Shown: piece by piece, positions 1 to 11,696 of the stretch
Numbering within the stretch: position 1 is the first letter of the stretch
Layout of the letters: each line of letters opens with the position of its first letter
NCBI RefSeq assembly: GCF_030028105.1
Contig: NC_092377.1
Span: 13,512,782-13,576,781, forward strand
Reading direction: 5' to 3'
Source of the DNA: Mobula birostris
Taxonomy: Eukaryota
Length of the DNA: 64,000 nucleotides
Program-made: the position numbers and the translations under genes
Notes under the pieces: model-generated
Databases searched by the model: none
Told to the model about the DNA's origin: nothing
What the model saw: only the letters and a program-made list of their open reading frames with translations

Positions 1-249
1 ACAATGTGATAAGGAATTTTTTTGTCTTTCTTTTCTTTACCGAACAGCTTCGATCTTGGTAGTGGGTTTAGATTTTTTTTATAACAAAACTATTATAATG
101 CAATTTAATACATTTGTTTGATTATGAATATGGGCTACTGTGATTGCAATAGTATGATTTTAAATATAGTGCATCCTGTACTATTTTTTGATTCATAATA
201 TGTATCCTCATGAATTCTGTATTCTTCTATATGAAATTTAATAAAAATA

Positions 250-920
250 TTGCAAGAAAACTGGCAGGAGGGCTCCCTGGTATCTTTAACCTCTCGCTTA
301 CGCAGTCTGAGGTACCCACCTGTTTCAAGCAAGCTTCGATTATACTGGATCCTTAGAAAAACATGGCAACCTGCTTCAACGTCCATCCTCCAGCAGCACC
401 TGCATCCACGGTGATGAAGTGCCTTGTGGGGGTGGTGATGAAACTTTACAACTCCTGCTCGAGGATTGACTTGGATCCAGTCTTGTTTGCCGACCGTCAC
501 AGGCCAACAGCAGATAACACTTCATTGGCTCTTCACTCAGTCCTGGAATATCTGGACGATGAAGTTGCAATCGTGGATTTTCTTACTTGCAGACCCCAGT
601 CAGCTTGGATGTAGAACATCTCCACAGTCTCAATCAATATGGCTGTGTGCTCTACCGGCGTTGTACTTATCACTAGAAGGCCAAGTCCAACTCCAGTGAC
701 ATATGTAAGTTGACCAAATCAATGGTGGTAGAGGAGATACCATAGAGGATGGAAATTGAAAATCTAGCTGAATGTTACCACAACAACAATCCCTCATTCA
801 ATGTCAGTAAAACAAAAGAGCTGATTATTGACTACAAGAGGAGGAAATCAGAGGTCTATAAGCCAGTCCTTATCAGGTGATCAGAGGTGGAGAGGGTCAG
901 CAACTTTAAATTGCTTGACG
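250..920 (+). mobile_element. Decayed Rex1/Babar-type non-LTR RT fragment
   Basis: Frameshifted RT remnants (VPTCFKQ, 'ATCFN..P.A..STVMKC', 'LDPV.FA', 'KTKELIID'), similar to other copies in the window. Confidence 0.6.
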
Positions 921-1099
921 TTATCTTTAAATGGCAGGCTGAAGAAGCAATCTATGATGTTTTTAGGCCCGATGTCTGGGTAACCTGGTTTGAACCATTC
1001 AGAATTGAATAGAGCAAAAGAAGTCGCCAAAGGCACGAATTTGAAGGCGAAGGCCAGAGAACAATGCTGCTTACAGCCCTGTAAGTCAGTCAGGTGACC

Positions 1100-1790
1100 T
1101 CAAGCCAACGAAATTGAAACATCATAGATTGACCTGATAAGGAAAAGTATGAAAACGGATGATCTTAGTGGCTTAGTCGGTGATAATTCTCCGGAGACCA
1201 ACCCTCGCAGATGTGGAGGCCTCCAGGTCGGACATGTGGAGAATACAAGCAATGCATAGCCAGTATAGACACCTCTTCCTGGGTAGTACCTGTTCCATTT
1301 TTTGACTGTTTGTGGAGCGTCAGGGAAACTTGGTAGGTATGCATACAGGCATTTAGTTGAGTAAGTTGCTCTGTTGCTACATGAGACCAAAGGAAGAGCC
1401 GTAGGCCGGGTAGTTCCTCGTGATACGTAGCCAGTCCTTGTTTGATAGTTTGATTCATTCATTCGAGTTGTCCTGATGACTCTGGGTGATGTGAACAATG
1501 AAAAGACCATTCAATGTTCATCAGTCAATATAATTTCTGGCAAGCCCAGTGAACTGCGCTCCTTGGTCAGAGTCGATGTGACATGGCAATCCCCATCGAG
1601 GAATAGAGTTCTTGATCTGAGTTTTTGCTCTGTGTGTGGCAGTAGCTTTCCTTGCTGGAACATCTTCCATCCATCTTAAAAACTTGTCCACTATTACCGG
1701 CACGTCTAAATATACCTGAAAATCGCTGTGAAAATGGATCCGGTGGGGCAGCAGCACTTAGCTGTCATAGCTTTCCTGTTGTTCCAGGAT
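1100..1790 (-). mobile_element. Decayed LTR-retroelement/ERV-type integrase fragment
   Basis: ORF 1521-1757 VDKFLRWMEDVPARKATA..IPRWGLP.HIDSDQGAQFTG (DDE core), continuing to a frameshifted SSGQLERMNQTIKQGL motif. Confidence 0.65.
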
Positions 1791-2052
1791 TTTCTATCTG
1801 ACATTACCTTCCTTATGGCAGCAGTGAGAAGAGAGCCTATTACCTGCCACCTTGTACTTCTTCCTCCTCTCCTTCCACCTTCTTAGCATAACTTCTCCTT
1901 TTTCTTTCCAGTCCTGATGAAGGGTCTTGGCCTGAAACGTCAATTGCTTATTCTTTTCCATGGATGCTGCCTGGCCTGCTGTGTCACTCCAGCATTTTGC
2001 TTGTACTGCGTGGCTTTGGATTTCCTGCATCTGCAGCTTTTCCCATCTTTGT
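1790..2052 (+). mobile_element. Penelope-like terminal fragment with partly decayed hammerhead motif
   Basis: CAGTC-CTGATGA-AGGGTCTTGGCCT-GAAACGTC at 1909-1941, followed by the shared GATGCTGCCTGGCCTGCTG tail. Confidence 0.7.
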
Positions 2053-3340
2053 GATAGGCTGTAATCCCCTGGAGTTCAGATGGTGTCTCATGTTGGGCGA
2101 CGATCCCAGCGTAGGCTGTAATTCGCCAGAGTTTGGATGTCAGTCGATGGGAGGCTGTCCAACTTAGGCTGTAATTTCTCAGTGTTTGAATGAAGACACT
2201 ATATTGGGAAACAGTCCAATGTAGACAAATTTCTCTGGCAGAGCTTCAGAAGTAGGTGTTTCCCAAGCCAGAGCACTAGTGTCATCAGTGTCACTAGCAG
2301 GACTGCCCACAAAGTCATGGCTGTGCTTTTCCATTTTACTTTCATTTGCCTCTGAGCTCTGCACAATGCACTTCGATTGAATTACTGTGTTCTTTTGCTC
2401 ATTTGGTTAATGCAAAATTTGCTCTTTAGACTTTTCACTCTCTCTATTCTGCTGATTCAAAGGTTCACTTTAAAATCAGAGAATGTATACAGTATACAAC
2501 CTGAAACTCTTACTCTTCACCAAAGCACCCCTCCCCCTCCCTTTGAACAAGCAGCAACAAAAACATTGATTCACCACCCCCTTCCCACCTTGCGAGCATC
2601 AGAAGCTCCCCCACCAAGGAGACCCCCATCCAGCGGCCATTAAAACGGCAGTCCACAAACCTCACTCCTAACTCCTAGCTGTTGATGTAGAAGCCAGAAC
2701 TAGTTTTCTCTCTGAAAAACTGGAATGAGAACGTTTTGATTAGCCACTGAAAATTCCACTTTGTCTGTGTGATTCTTCAAAGTTCGAAATCTTCACACTC
2801 ATGCTCACCAGCTACGCCACTCTTTCCATCCTGATGTGCAGGGTACAGAGGGATACCCCTCTCTGCTCTCCTTCCCCACTTCCACATCCCAGATTCCCCT
2901 CTCCCTGCCCTCTTTCCATTCGCATTGCCTGGACACAGTCTGATTCTCCTATCACTGTACCAGCCCCTTTTCTCAGCTGGTTCCCCCTCACCTCCTCACA
3001 TTGACTACCGTTCCAACACAGGGTTCTCTACCCTGTAGGTCAAGTGTCCCTCTGTCTCCTCAGATGATGCTCACACCACCAACACCCCCCACTGGGGACC
3101 TGAGAGATGTGGATGCTGGAATCTGGAGCAAGACACACATTCTATAAGCCTTCTGCAACCTCCTTTGGCTCCGACAGTCCCAACTATCTCCATTTCCTCA
3201 TCTTCTACACCACTACCTGTCTCTATAACACCTTCTACAGATCCTACACACTTGACTCTGTGAGCCACGATAGCACCAACACACCTCCCGATCTCTGCAA
3301 CCACCTCCATCCCCCTCCACCCTTTTGACCACTATCTACC

Positions 3341-4270
3341 TTTGCTGATGATACGAAGATAGGTGGAGGGGCCGGTAATGCTGAGGAAACGGAGAGTCTG
3401 CGGGGAGACTTGGATAGATTGGAAGAATGGGCAAAGAAGTGGCAAATGAAGTACAATGTTGGAAAGTGTATGGTTATGCACTTGGGCAAAAGAAATAAAC
3501 AGGCAGACTATTATTTAAATGAGGAGAGAATTCAAAGTTCTGAGATGCAACGGGACTTGGGAGTCCTCGTACAGGATATCCTTAAGGTTAACCCCCAGGT
3601 TGAGTCGGTGGTGAAGAAGGCGAATGCAATGTTGGCATTCATTTCTAGAGGAATAGAGTATAGGAGCAGAGATGTGATGTTGAGGCTCTGTAAGGCACTG
3701 ATGAGACCTCACTTGGAGTACTGTGGGCAGTTTTGGTCTCCTTATTTAAGAAAGGATGTGCTGACATTGGAAAGGGTACAGAGAAGATTCACTAGAATGA
3801 TTCCGGGAATGAGAGAGTTAACATATGAGGAATATTTGTCCACTCTTGGACTGTATTCCTTGGAGTTTGGAAAAATGAGGGGAGACCTCATAGAAACATT
3901 TCGAATGTTGAAAGGCGTGGACAGAGTGGATGTGGCAAAGTTGTTTCCCATGATGCGGGAGTCTAGTACGAGAGGGCATGACTTAAGGATTGAAGGGCGC
4001 CCATTCAGAACAGCGATGCGGAGAAATTTTTTTTAGCCAGAGGGTGGTGAATCTATGGAATTTGTTGCCACGGGCGGCAGTGGAGGCCAAGTCATTGGGT
4101 GTATTTAAGGCAGAGATTGATAGGTATCCGAGTAGCCAGGGCATCAAAGGTTATGGTGAGAAGGCGGGGGAGTGGGACTAAATGGGAGAATGGATCAGCT
4201 CATGATAAAATGGCAGAGTGGTCTCGATGGGCCGAATGGCCGACTTCTGCTCCTTTGTCTTCTGGTCTTC
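3341..4270 (+). mobile_element. CR1-type LINE, 5'-truncated (RT C-terminus and 3' UTR)
   Basis: FADDTK, ORF 3410-4036 (WQMKYNVGKC, RPHLEYC.QFWSP), CR1 3' stem-loop tail. Confidence 0.9.
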
Positions 4271-4882
4271 ACTCTGTCTGCCTCCTACACTGCCCATTCA
4301 CTTAAACCTCTACAGCACCTGCACTCTTCCCCATTTGTGACACCCCATCCAGTCCAACACCCCTCACTATCTCTGTAATCCTCCCCCTCCAGCCCCTATT
4401 GACCTCCTACTTGCCTCTCTGTCCAACCACACCCTGCACCCCTCCCTATGTCTGTGAGCCTCTTTGACCCCTGCACCCCACTGTCTCTAAGCTCTGCCCC
4501 CATGACCACACCGTCTCTGTAAACCCCTCCAACCCCAGCCTCTCTGTCTCTACCAACTCCTCCCTACCCCGTCACCCTCAGACATAAGAGCAGAATTAGG
4601 CCAGTTAGCCCATCCCTGCCGTGTTTCATTATTGCCCTCTTCGGTCTTCTCCCCATAAACTTTCACACTTACTAATCAAGAACCAGTCAACCTTCACTTT
4701 AATTGTACTCGTCTGTGACAAAGAATTCCACAGATTCAGCACCCTCTGGCTAAAGAAATTCCTCCTCATTTCTGTTCTAAAGAAATGCCCTTCTATTCAG
4801 AGACTGTGCCCCCTGGTCTTCAACTCTCCTGTGATTGAAAACATCCTCTCCACACCCACTCTATGCAGGTCTTTCAATATTC

Positions 4883-5140
4883 AAACAACTTACACACAAA
4901 ATGCTGGAGGAACTCAGCAGGCCAGGCAGCATCTAGGAAAAAGAGTACCGTCAATGTTCAGGGCTGAAGCCTTTCAGCACGACTGGAGACAAAAGGCTGA
5001 GTAGATTTAAAAGGTGGGGGAGAGGGGAGCTAGAAACATGGGGTGATAGGTGAAACCTGAGGAGGGAGAGGATGAAGAGAAGAGCTGGGATGTAAATTGG
5101 TGAAGGAGACTGAAGGCCATAGAAGAAAGAAAAGGGGAGA
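4883..5140 (-). mobile_element. Penelope-like terminal fragment, degenerate hammerhead
   Basis: ACACACAAAATGCTGGAGGAACTCAGCAGGCCAGGCAGCATC plus purine-rich tract, as in other copies. Confidence 0.65.
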
Positions 5141-5149
5141 CATGCACCG

Positions 5150-6630
5150 CTGAATGAAGATCATAGTTGGGAGCTTAACATGCAAGGATACAAATTGTAT
5201 CAAAAGGACAGGTAGGTAGGCAGAGGGAGTGGGGTGGCTCTGCTGGTAAAAAAAAATAAAGCAAAATCCTTGGAAAGAGGTGACAGAAAACTGAAAGATA
5301 TAGAATCCTTGTGGGTAGATTTAAGAAATTTCAAGGGTAAAAAGACCCTGATGGATGTTATATACAGGCCTCTGAATGTGGGATATAAATTACAGTGGGA
5401 GATAGAACAGGCAAGTAAAAAGGGCATTATTAAAATACTAATTGGGGATTTCAGTATGCTGGTAGATTGGGAAAATCAGGTTGGTCCTAGATCCCAAGAG
5501 AGAGAATTTGTAGAATGCCAACAAGATGGCTTTTTAGAGCAGGTTCCAGTTGAGCCCACAAGGGAAAAGACAATTCTGGATTGAAGTTTGGTGTAATGAA
5601 CCAGATTTGCTTAGGGAGCCTAAGCTAAAGGAACCCTTGGGAGGCGGTGATCGTAATGTGATGGAATTCATTCTGCAGTCTGAGAAGGAGAAGGTGAATT
5701 CAGCTGTATGAGTACAGTGGAGTAAGGGGAATTACGGAGGCATGAGAGAGGAGTGCCAAGCTTGATTGGAAAATGACACTCGCAGATTTGATGGCAGAAC
5801 AATGGCCGCCACCTAGGGCATGCTCTCTTCTTGCTGCTGTCATCAGGAAGAAGGTAGAGAAGCCACAGGACTCACCACCAGATTCAGGAACAGTTATTAC
5901 CTGTCAATCATCAGGCTCTGGAACCAGTGGGGTTAACTTCACTCGCGCTAACAATGAACTCATCCCACAATGTATGGACTCACTTTCAATGACACTTCAT
6001 CTCATGTTCTTGATATTTATTATTTGTTTATTTATTTATTATAATTGTTTCTTTTTTCTTTCATATTTGCACAGTTTTTCCATCCTGGTGGGTGCAGTCT
6101 TTTACCCTATTATGTTTCTTGGATTTACTGTGTATGCCTGCAAGAAAATTAATCTCAGGGTTGTATATGGTGACATACATGGACATTGATAATAAATTTA
6201 CTTTGAACTGTCAACCTTGGAGTTTCTGGGCGAAATTCAGAAAGTGCAGCATAGTTAAATCCTGAAGATGAAGAAGTATTCCAAAGGGAAGATGAGGCAA
6301 CCATCACTGACAAGGGAAGTCAAAGACAGCATAAAAGCAAAAGAGAATATATAAAATATAGGAAAAATTAGTGGGAATTTTGAGGGCATGAAGCTTTTAA
6401 AAACCAACTGATAAAGCCATGGGGGAGAAAATATGAAATATAAAGGCAAACTAGTCAATAATATAAGATACCAAAAGATTTTTCAGATGTATAGAGTACA
6501 AGAGAGGCAAGAGTGGATATCAGACTGTTAGAAAATGATGCTGGAGAGGTAGTAACGGGGGACAAAGAAGTGGCAGATGAATTTACTAACTATTTTGCAT
6601 TAATCTTCACTGTGGAGGACACGAGCAGCT
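5150..6630 (+). mobile_element. Decayed CR1 ORF2 (APE endonuclease region) interrupted by a Rex1-type 3' fragment (~5810-6210)
   Basis: ORF 5234-5584 ESLWVDLRN..IYRP..IGDF; AT-rich Rex1-like 3' UTR in the middle. Confidence 0.75.
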
Positions 6631-6929
6631 TAGTTATACAATGGAGGATAGGAGAAAATGTTGAATGTATTACTGCACAATTAGACAATCATGCAGTCAC
6701 TTGATTGGGGAATGGGTTGTGTATTTTGATTATCAAATATATTGTCCCCCATGTTGCTTGATTTAACTTTGTGGGAGGTGATAACATTGAAATCCTGCCA
6801 CATATGTCGAGCATCCATCGTTGATTCCAGTTTGGTCCAGAATCTTCACTTTGTCTGTGAGATGGCATTCTGGTGATCATACCTGCACCTCTTCTAGCAT
6901 TTTTAGTCTCCAGATTTGATTGTCTGTTA

Positions 6930-7895
6930 GACAATTCTCCTTTGTCTATCCTACATGTTATTTCTTCAAAAAGTTCCAACATATTTGTTAGGCAAGATTT
7001 AACACTGAGGAAACCATGCTGACTATGGCTTATTTTATCATGTGCCTCCAAACACCCCAAAACAACATCCTTAACAATCGACTCCAACATCTTCCCACCC
7101 ACTGAGATCAGTCTAATTGGCCTATAATTTCTTTTCTTCTGCCTCTCTCCCTTCTTGAAGAGTGAAGTGACATTTGCAATTTTCCAGTCTTTCAGAACCA
7201 TTCCAGAATCTAGTAATCATTGAAAGATCATTACTAATGCCTCCATAATCTCTCCAGCCACTGCTTTCAGAACCCTGGGGTAACACCATCAGGTCCAGGT
7301 AACTTATCTACCTTCAGACCTTCCAGTTTCCAAAGAACCTTCTCCCTGGTAATGGTAACTTCACACGCTTCATGACCCCTGACACCTGGAGCTTCCACCA
7401 TACTGCTACTGCCTTCCACATTGAAGACCGAGGCAAAATACTTATTCAGTTCATCCATTATTTCCTTGTCCCTGTTATTATCATTTTCCAGCAGACTGAT
7501 ATCCATTCTTTCCTCTCTTTTACACTTTATGAATTAGAAGGAAATTTTGGTATCCTCTTTAATATGACTGGTTTGCTTACTATTCCATCTTTACTATCTT
7601 AATGACTTGTTTGTTGTCGTCTGTTGGTATTTGAAAGCTTCCCAATCCTCTAACTTCCCACTAATTTTTAGTCTATTTGGCTTTGAATTCTCTTCCTTTA
7701 GATTACTTCTTCCTCTTTGGGATGTATGTATTCTGTGCCTCCGAATTGCTTCCCGGAATTCCAGTCATTGCTGCTCTGCCATTATCCCCGCCAATGTTCT
7801 TTTCCAAGCAACAAGCCAATTCTTCTCACATACATCTATAAATCCCTTTACTCCACGGTAAGACTGATACATCTGACTTTAGCTTCTCCTTCTCT
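6930..7895 (-). mobile_element. Decayed CR1 ORF2 fragment
   Basis: DWKIANVTSLFKKG..NYRPI.L.SV.GKMLE..SQHGF; KVDK.PGPDG. Confidence 0.85.
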
Positions 7896-8024
7896 GGAAA
7901 AGAGTAAACAGTCGTGTGTCGGCCAGCTGAGTCACTGCAGCATTTGGTGTGCAGCACTGGGCAGAGGAAGCCGCTTCTGATTGGTGGACTAGTGAATTGG
8001 AGCGTTTTTGATTTGCTCCCTTCG

Positions 8025-8135
8025 ATATCCAATCAAAGGATAGATAAGCGAATCGTTTGCCCAATCAACCAATGGAAATGTTCTCTATTCACATCCCTCA
8101 TTAACATACGGATGTCGGCGTTGTCTATTTAATCC
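8025..8135 (+). promoter_or_regulatory. H2B proximal promoter (CCAAT boxes, degenerate octamer ATTAACAT, TATA-like TATTTAA)
   Basis: CCAAT near 8029, 8061 and 8069; ATTAACAT near 8100; TATTTAA near 8125; same order as upstream of the second H2B. Confidence 0.65.
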
Positions 8136-8185
8136 GCACTCCGAGCAGATTCTGTTCATTTCAGCGTTTAAAATCGGCTGAGGAA

Positions 8186-8560
8186 ATGCCCGAACAACAG
8201 AAATCCGCTCCCAAGAAGGGCGCCAAGAAAGCTTTGCCCAAACCAGCGGGCAAGTCTGGCAAGAAACGCAGGAGGGTGAGGAAGGAGAGTTACTCCATCT
8301 ATATCTACAAAGTGATGAAGCAGGTTCACCCCGACACCGGCATCTCCTCCAAGGCCATGAGCATCATGAACTCGTTCGTGAGCGATATTTTCGAGCGCAT
8401 CGCGGGCGAGGCTTCCCGGCTGGCCCATTATAACAAGCGATCGACCATCAGCTCCCGGGAGATCCAGACTGCCGTGCGCCTGCTGCTGCCTGGGGAGCTG
8501 GCCAAGCACGCCGTGTCGGAAGGGACAAAGGCGGTGACCAAGTACACCAGCTCCAAGTGA
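8186..8560 (+). CDS. H2B: Histone H2B, replication-dependent
   Basis: Intronless 124-aa ORF with [26 protein letters not shown]...AVTKYTSSK; stem-loop downstream. Confidence 0.99.
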   Translation: MPEQQKSAPKKGAKKALPKPAGKSGKKRRRVRKESYSIYIYKVMKQVHPDTGISSKAMSIMNSFVSDIFERIAGEASRLAHYNKRSTISSREIQTAVRLLLPGELAKHAVSEGTKAVTKYTSSK

Positions 8561-8592
8561 AGAGTACCCAGAAAACACACCGGAAACCCAAC

Positions 8593-8632
8593 GGCTCTTT
8601 TAAGAGCCACTCACAGATTCACTGAAAGAGTT
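8593..8632 (+). terminator. Histone 3' stem-loop and HDE
   Basis: GGCTCTTTTAAGAGCC (8593-8608) followed by ACTCA and GAAAGAG. Confidence 0.95.
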
Positions 8633-9055
8633 AATACGTAATATTTAACATTAACCAGTGACCCAAAGCCATTGAATTGAAGTAAATATGGAAATTCCTT
8701 TCCTTTTTATATGAGCTAATTCAAGTTCTATCCATGTTCGGTATAATCCCGAGGTCTTTGTTTCTACTATACACACGGGAACATCACCTCCTCCTCTGCG
8801 TCTCTCTCCCGGTTATTAAAAATCGTATTTTTGAAGCGGATAATTGCTGTTTCTGATTTAATGGCGGTGGGGAATGTGGTTTATTAATTTCTGTCCCATT
8901 TTGGCAATTTAATTGAATCCCATTTCAGTGCCTGACGTGAACTTGTTCACGGTTATTTCACAGATATACAAGATATTCTACCGATGCTGGCAATGCAGAA
9001 CAGCACACAATGCGCTGGAGGCGGCTTCTATGGAACTGAATACTGTACTGTAATT

Positions 9056-9151
9056 CGTGTCGGAAGGGACAAAGGACGGAAACCAAGTACACCAGCTCCA
9101 AGTGGAGTGCTGATTAAACAAACCGGAAACCCAACGGCTCTTTTAAGAGCC
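9056..9151 (+). pseudogene. Orphan H2B 3' end with intact stem-loop
   Basis: Last ~50 nt of H2B with indels and TGA>TGG, then GGCTCTTTTAAGAGCC (9136-9151); 9056-9590 duplicates 8512-8985. Confidence 0.9.
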
Positions 9152-10169
9152 ACGCACAGATTCACTAAATCAGTTAATACGTAATATTTAACATTAACCA
9201 GTGACCCAAAGGCATTGAATTGAAGTAAATCTGGTAATTTCTTCTCCATGAGCTAATTCAAATTGCATCCATATTAGTCGGTAAACCAGCTCAGTATACT
9301 GTAATCTCGAGGTGTTTGTTACATTCTTACCGCACACGGAAGTATCACTTTCCTCCACGGTGTCACTGTCCAGGTTATTACAAATTGTATCTATGTGAAG
9401 ATTAGCCGTTTCTAGATAGAGACAGATAGATACATTATTGATCCCAAAGGAAATTATAGTATCACAGTAGCTTTCATTGCCGTGGGGAATGTAGTTTATT
9501 AATGACTGCCCTTTTTGGCAATTTACTGAATCCATTTTAATGCCAGACCTGAACTAATTCACGGTTCTTTCACAGACACACAAAATACTCTGCAGAAATC
9601 CAGAGCAACACATAATCCTGGAGGAATTCATCGGGTCTATGGAAATGAATATTTTCATTTTATCTGTGCAATCATTTGTTAAAACTACAGGCTAAACTAG
9701 TCTCAGTCTGAGAGAGCGATCTGATGAACAGCGAACAGAAGCGATTTGTTTTGTTCTGAGCGCTTATCACTTGAAAGAGTTCGGCGAATTAACTTCCTAG
9801 ACGCTGTTTCAATATTAACTACTCCTATATTAAATGTGTCGGACTTCAGTAATGGGGTGAATGAGGAGACCAAATGGACAAACAGATTTGAAATAATTCC
9901 TTTTAGATTATGTTTGAACATTTTTTGGCGGGTTTTTGAAATTTCAGTTTTTTTCGGAAATTAGCGGTTGGTTTCCGCTCTTCAGTTGTTGCTGTTTCTT
10001 GGTTGGTGAATAAGGCAGCTGCCTGATTGGATTATATCCAGTCAACATTGAGTTTAAGCGTTGAGCACCAATCATAAATGTCCGACTGCATTCCCCTCCC
10101 CCCCCCCCAAAGCTACAAATAGAGCGAGGACTGGAATATTTCGTCACTCTTGGTGACATCAGTTGTTAA

Positions 10170-10559
<390 letters not shown>

Positions 10560-10589
10560 AGCGACAGATTCTGAACCCGGTGACCCAAA

Positions 10590-10630
10590 GGCTCTTTTAA
10601 GAGCCACTCACAGTGTCTGTGAAAGGGCTG
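10590..10630 (+). terminator. Histone 3' stem-loop and HDE
   Basis: GGCTCTTTTAAGAGCC (10590-10605), GAAAGGGCTG downstream. Confidence 0.95.
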
Positions 10631-11108
10631 TTCTGCGGTTACCATGGGCAGAAAACCCCCAACCGCGTCTGTTGGGCTCGAACAGTGCGTTCGGGTTCAT
10701 AATCCGCCATTAGTTTCACATAGCCGCCTCTTCCAGAAGTATGCCAAGCGGTGGCTGTGGGGGAGGGGATTGGCATCCCGGTGCCTATACAGCGGTGTGT
10801 GTCAGCCCAACTTCAGCCAGTCTCCAGAGAGATGGATGGAGTCGATTGTGATCTCACTACAGCACCGCACCTCAGCTGACCAGACACTTGGCACACGATA
10901 TCTGCGCCGACCATTATGCCGATTTAGATTGTAACAAAGAAACTAGACAGACAGGCACAAGGTTTTCCACTATATATTTGAGAGAATCTAATTTCAGAAT
11001 CCAGAGTGAACAGCCGTCAGGGTATCGACAAATATATTAAGTATAATAAATTACAACTTTTATCTGTTTCCGCTCCGGCTCACTGCTTCATTTTCTGAGG
11101 CAGCGGGT

Positions 11109-11211
11109 GGCTCTTTAAAGAGCGTTTGTTTTGTGCTTAGGAGAAAAGGTTTGTGCGGAGGGCTGTTCTTCATTTGCCGAGATACAGGGCGCGGACTTGG
11201 CGTTTCAGACC
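11109..11211 (-). pseudogene. Histone H4 C-terminal remnant with stem-loop
   Basis: Minus strand GGTCTGAAACGCCAAGTCCGCGCCCTGTAT (LKRQVRALY versus H4 LKRQGRTLY), then CGCTCTTTAAAGAGCCACC. Confidence 0.75.
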
Positions 11212-11334
11212 TTACGCTTGACGTGATCGGCGGAAGTTACCGCTTTAGAGGGCGGGGAGGGGAGAAGCAGAGAACTGGAATTCTGAAATTCGGGTAAAAT
11301 ACGGGTCAGGCAGCTGCAATCCGCCGCAAAATTT

Positions 11335-11696
11335 CACTCCTAGATGAGCCTGATGCCTTTTCTGCTCACTTTGTCCAACAAAAGATGGAGACACCTTCAC
11401 GAACGCCGACTCCGATTTCGGTGTCTGAGGCCGACGTGAATGCTTCCTTCAGGAGGATGAACCCACCGAAAGCACCTGGCCCCGATGGGGTCCCTGGCTG
11501 TGTTCTGAAAACCTGTGCTAATCAACTGGCTGGGCTGTTCACTCTCGCTCGGCAATCTAAGGTACCCACCTGTTTCAAGCAGACTTTTCATTATACCGGT
11601 TCCTAAGAAAAACGTGGTGACCTGCCTCAGTGACTACTGTCTGCGCAGTTAAGCTGCAGATAGTGATTTCCTCACTTGCAGACCCCAGTCAGTTTG
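11335..11696 (+). mobile_element. Rex1/Babar-type RT fragment
   Basis: ORF 11385-11606 KAPGPDGVPG.VLKTCANQLA..VPTCFKQ. Confidence 0.75.

Noticed and set aside
2056-2175. CRISPR-like repeat-spacer pattern (TAGGCTGTAAT x3; also the 36-mers at 35328)
   Set aside because: Vertebrate DNA, repeats too short or strictly tandem, no cas genes
2800-4580. Coding potential in CT-rich tracts flanking the CR1
   Set aside because: Low-complexity degenerate repeats with no recognisable domain
8168-8578. Antisense ORFs over histone genes (also 10113-10607, 21071-21493, 22482-22976, 41431-41910)
   Set aside because: Shadow frames caused by GC3-rich histone codons; the repeated 'MALKRA' start is just the stem-loop read backwards
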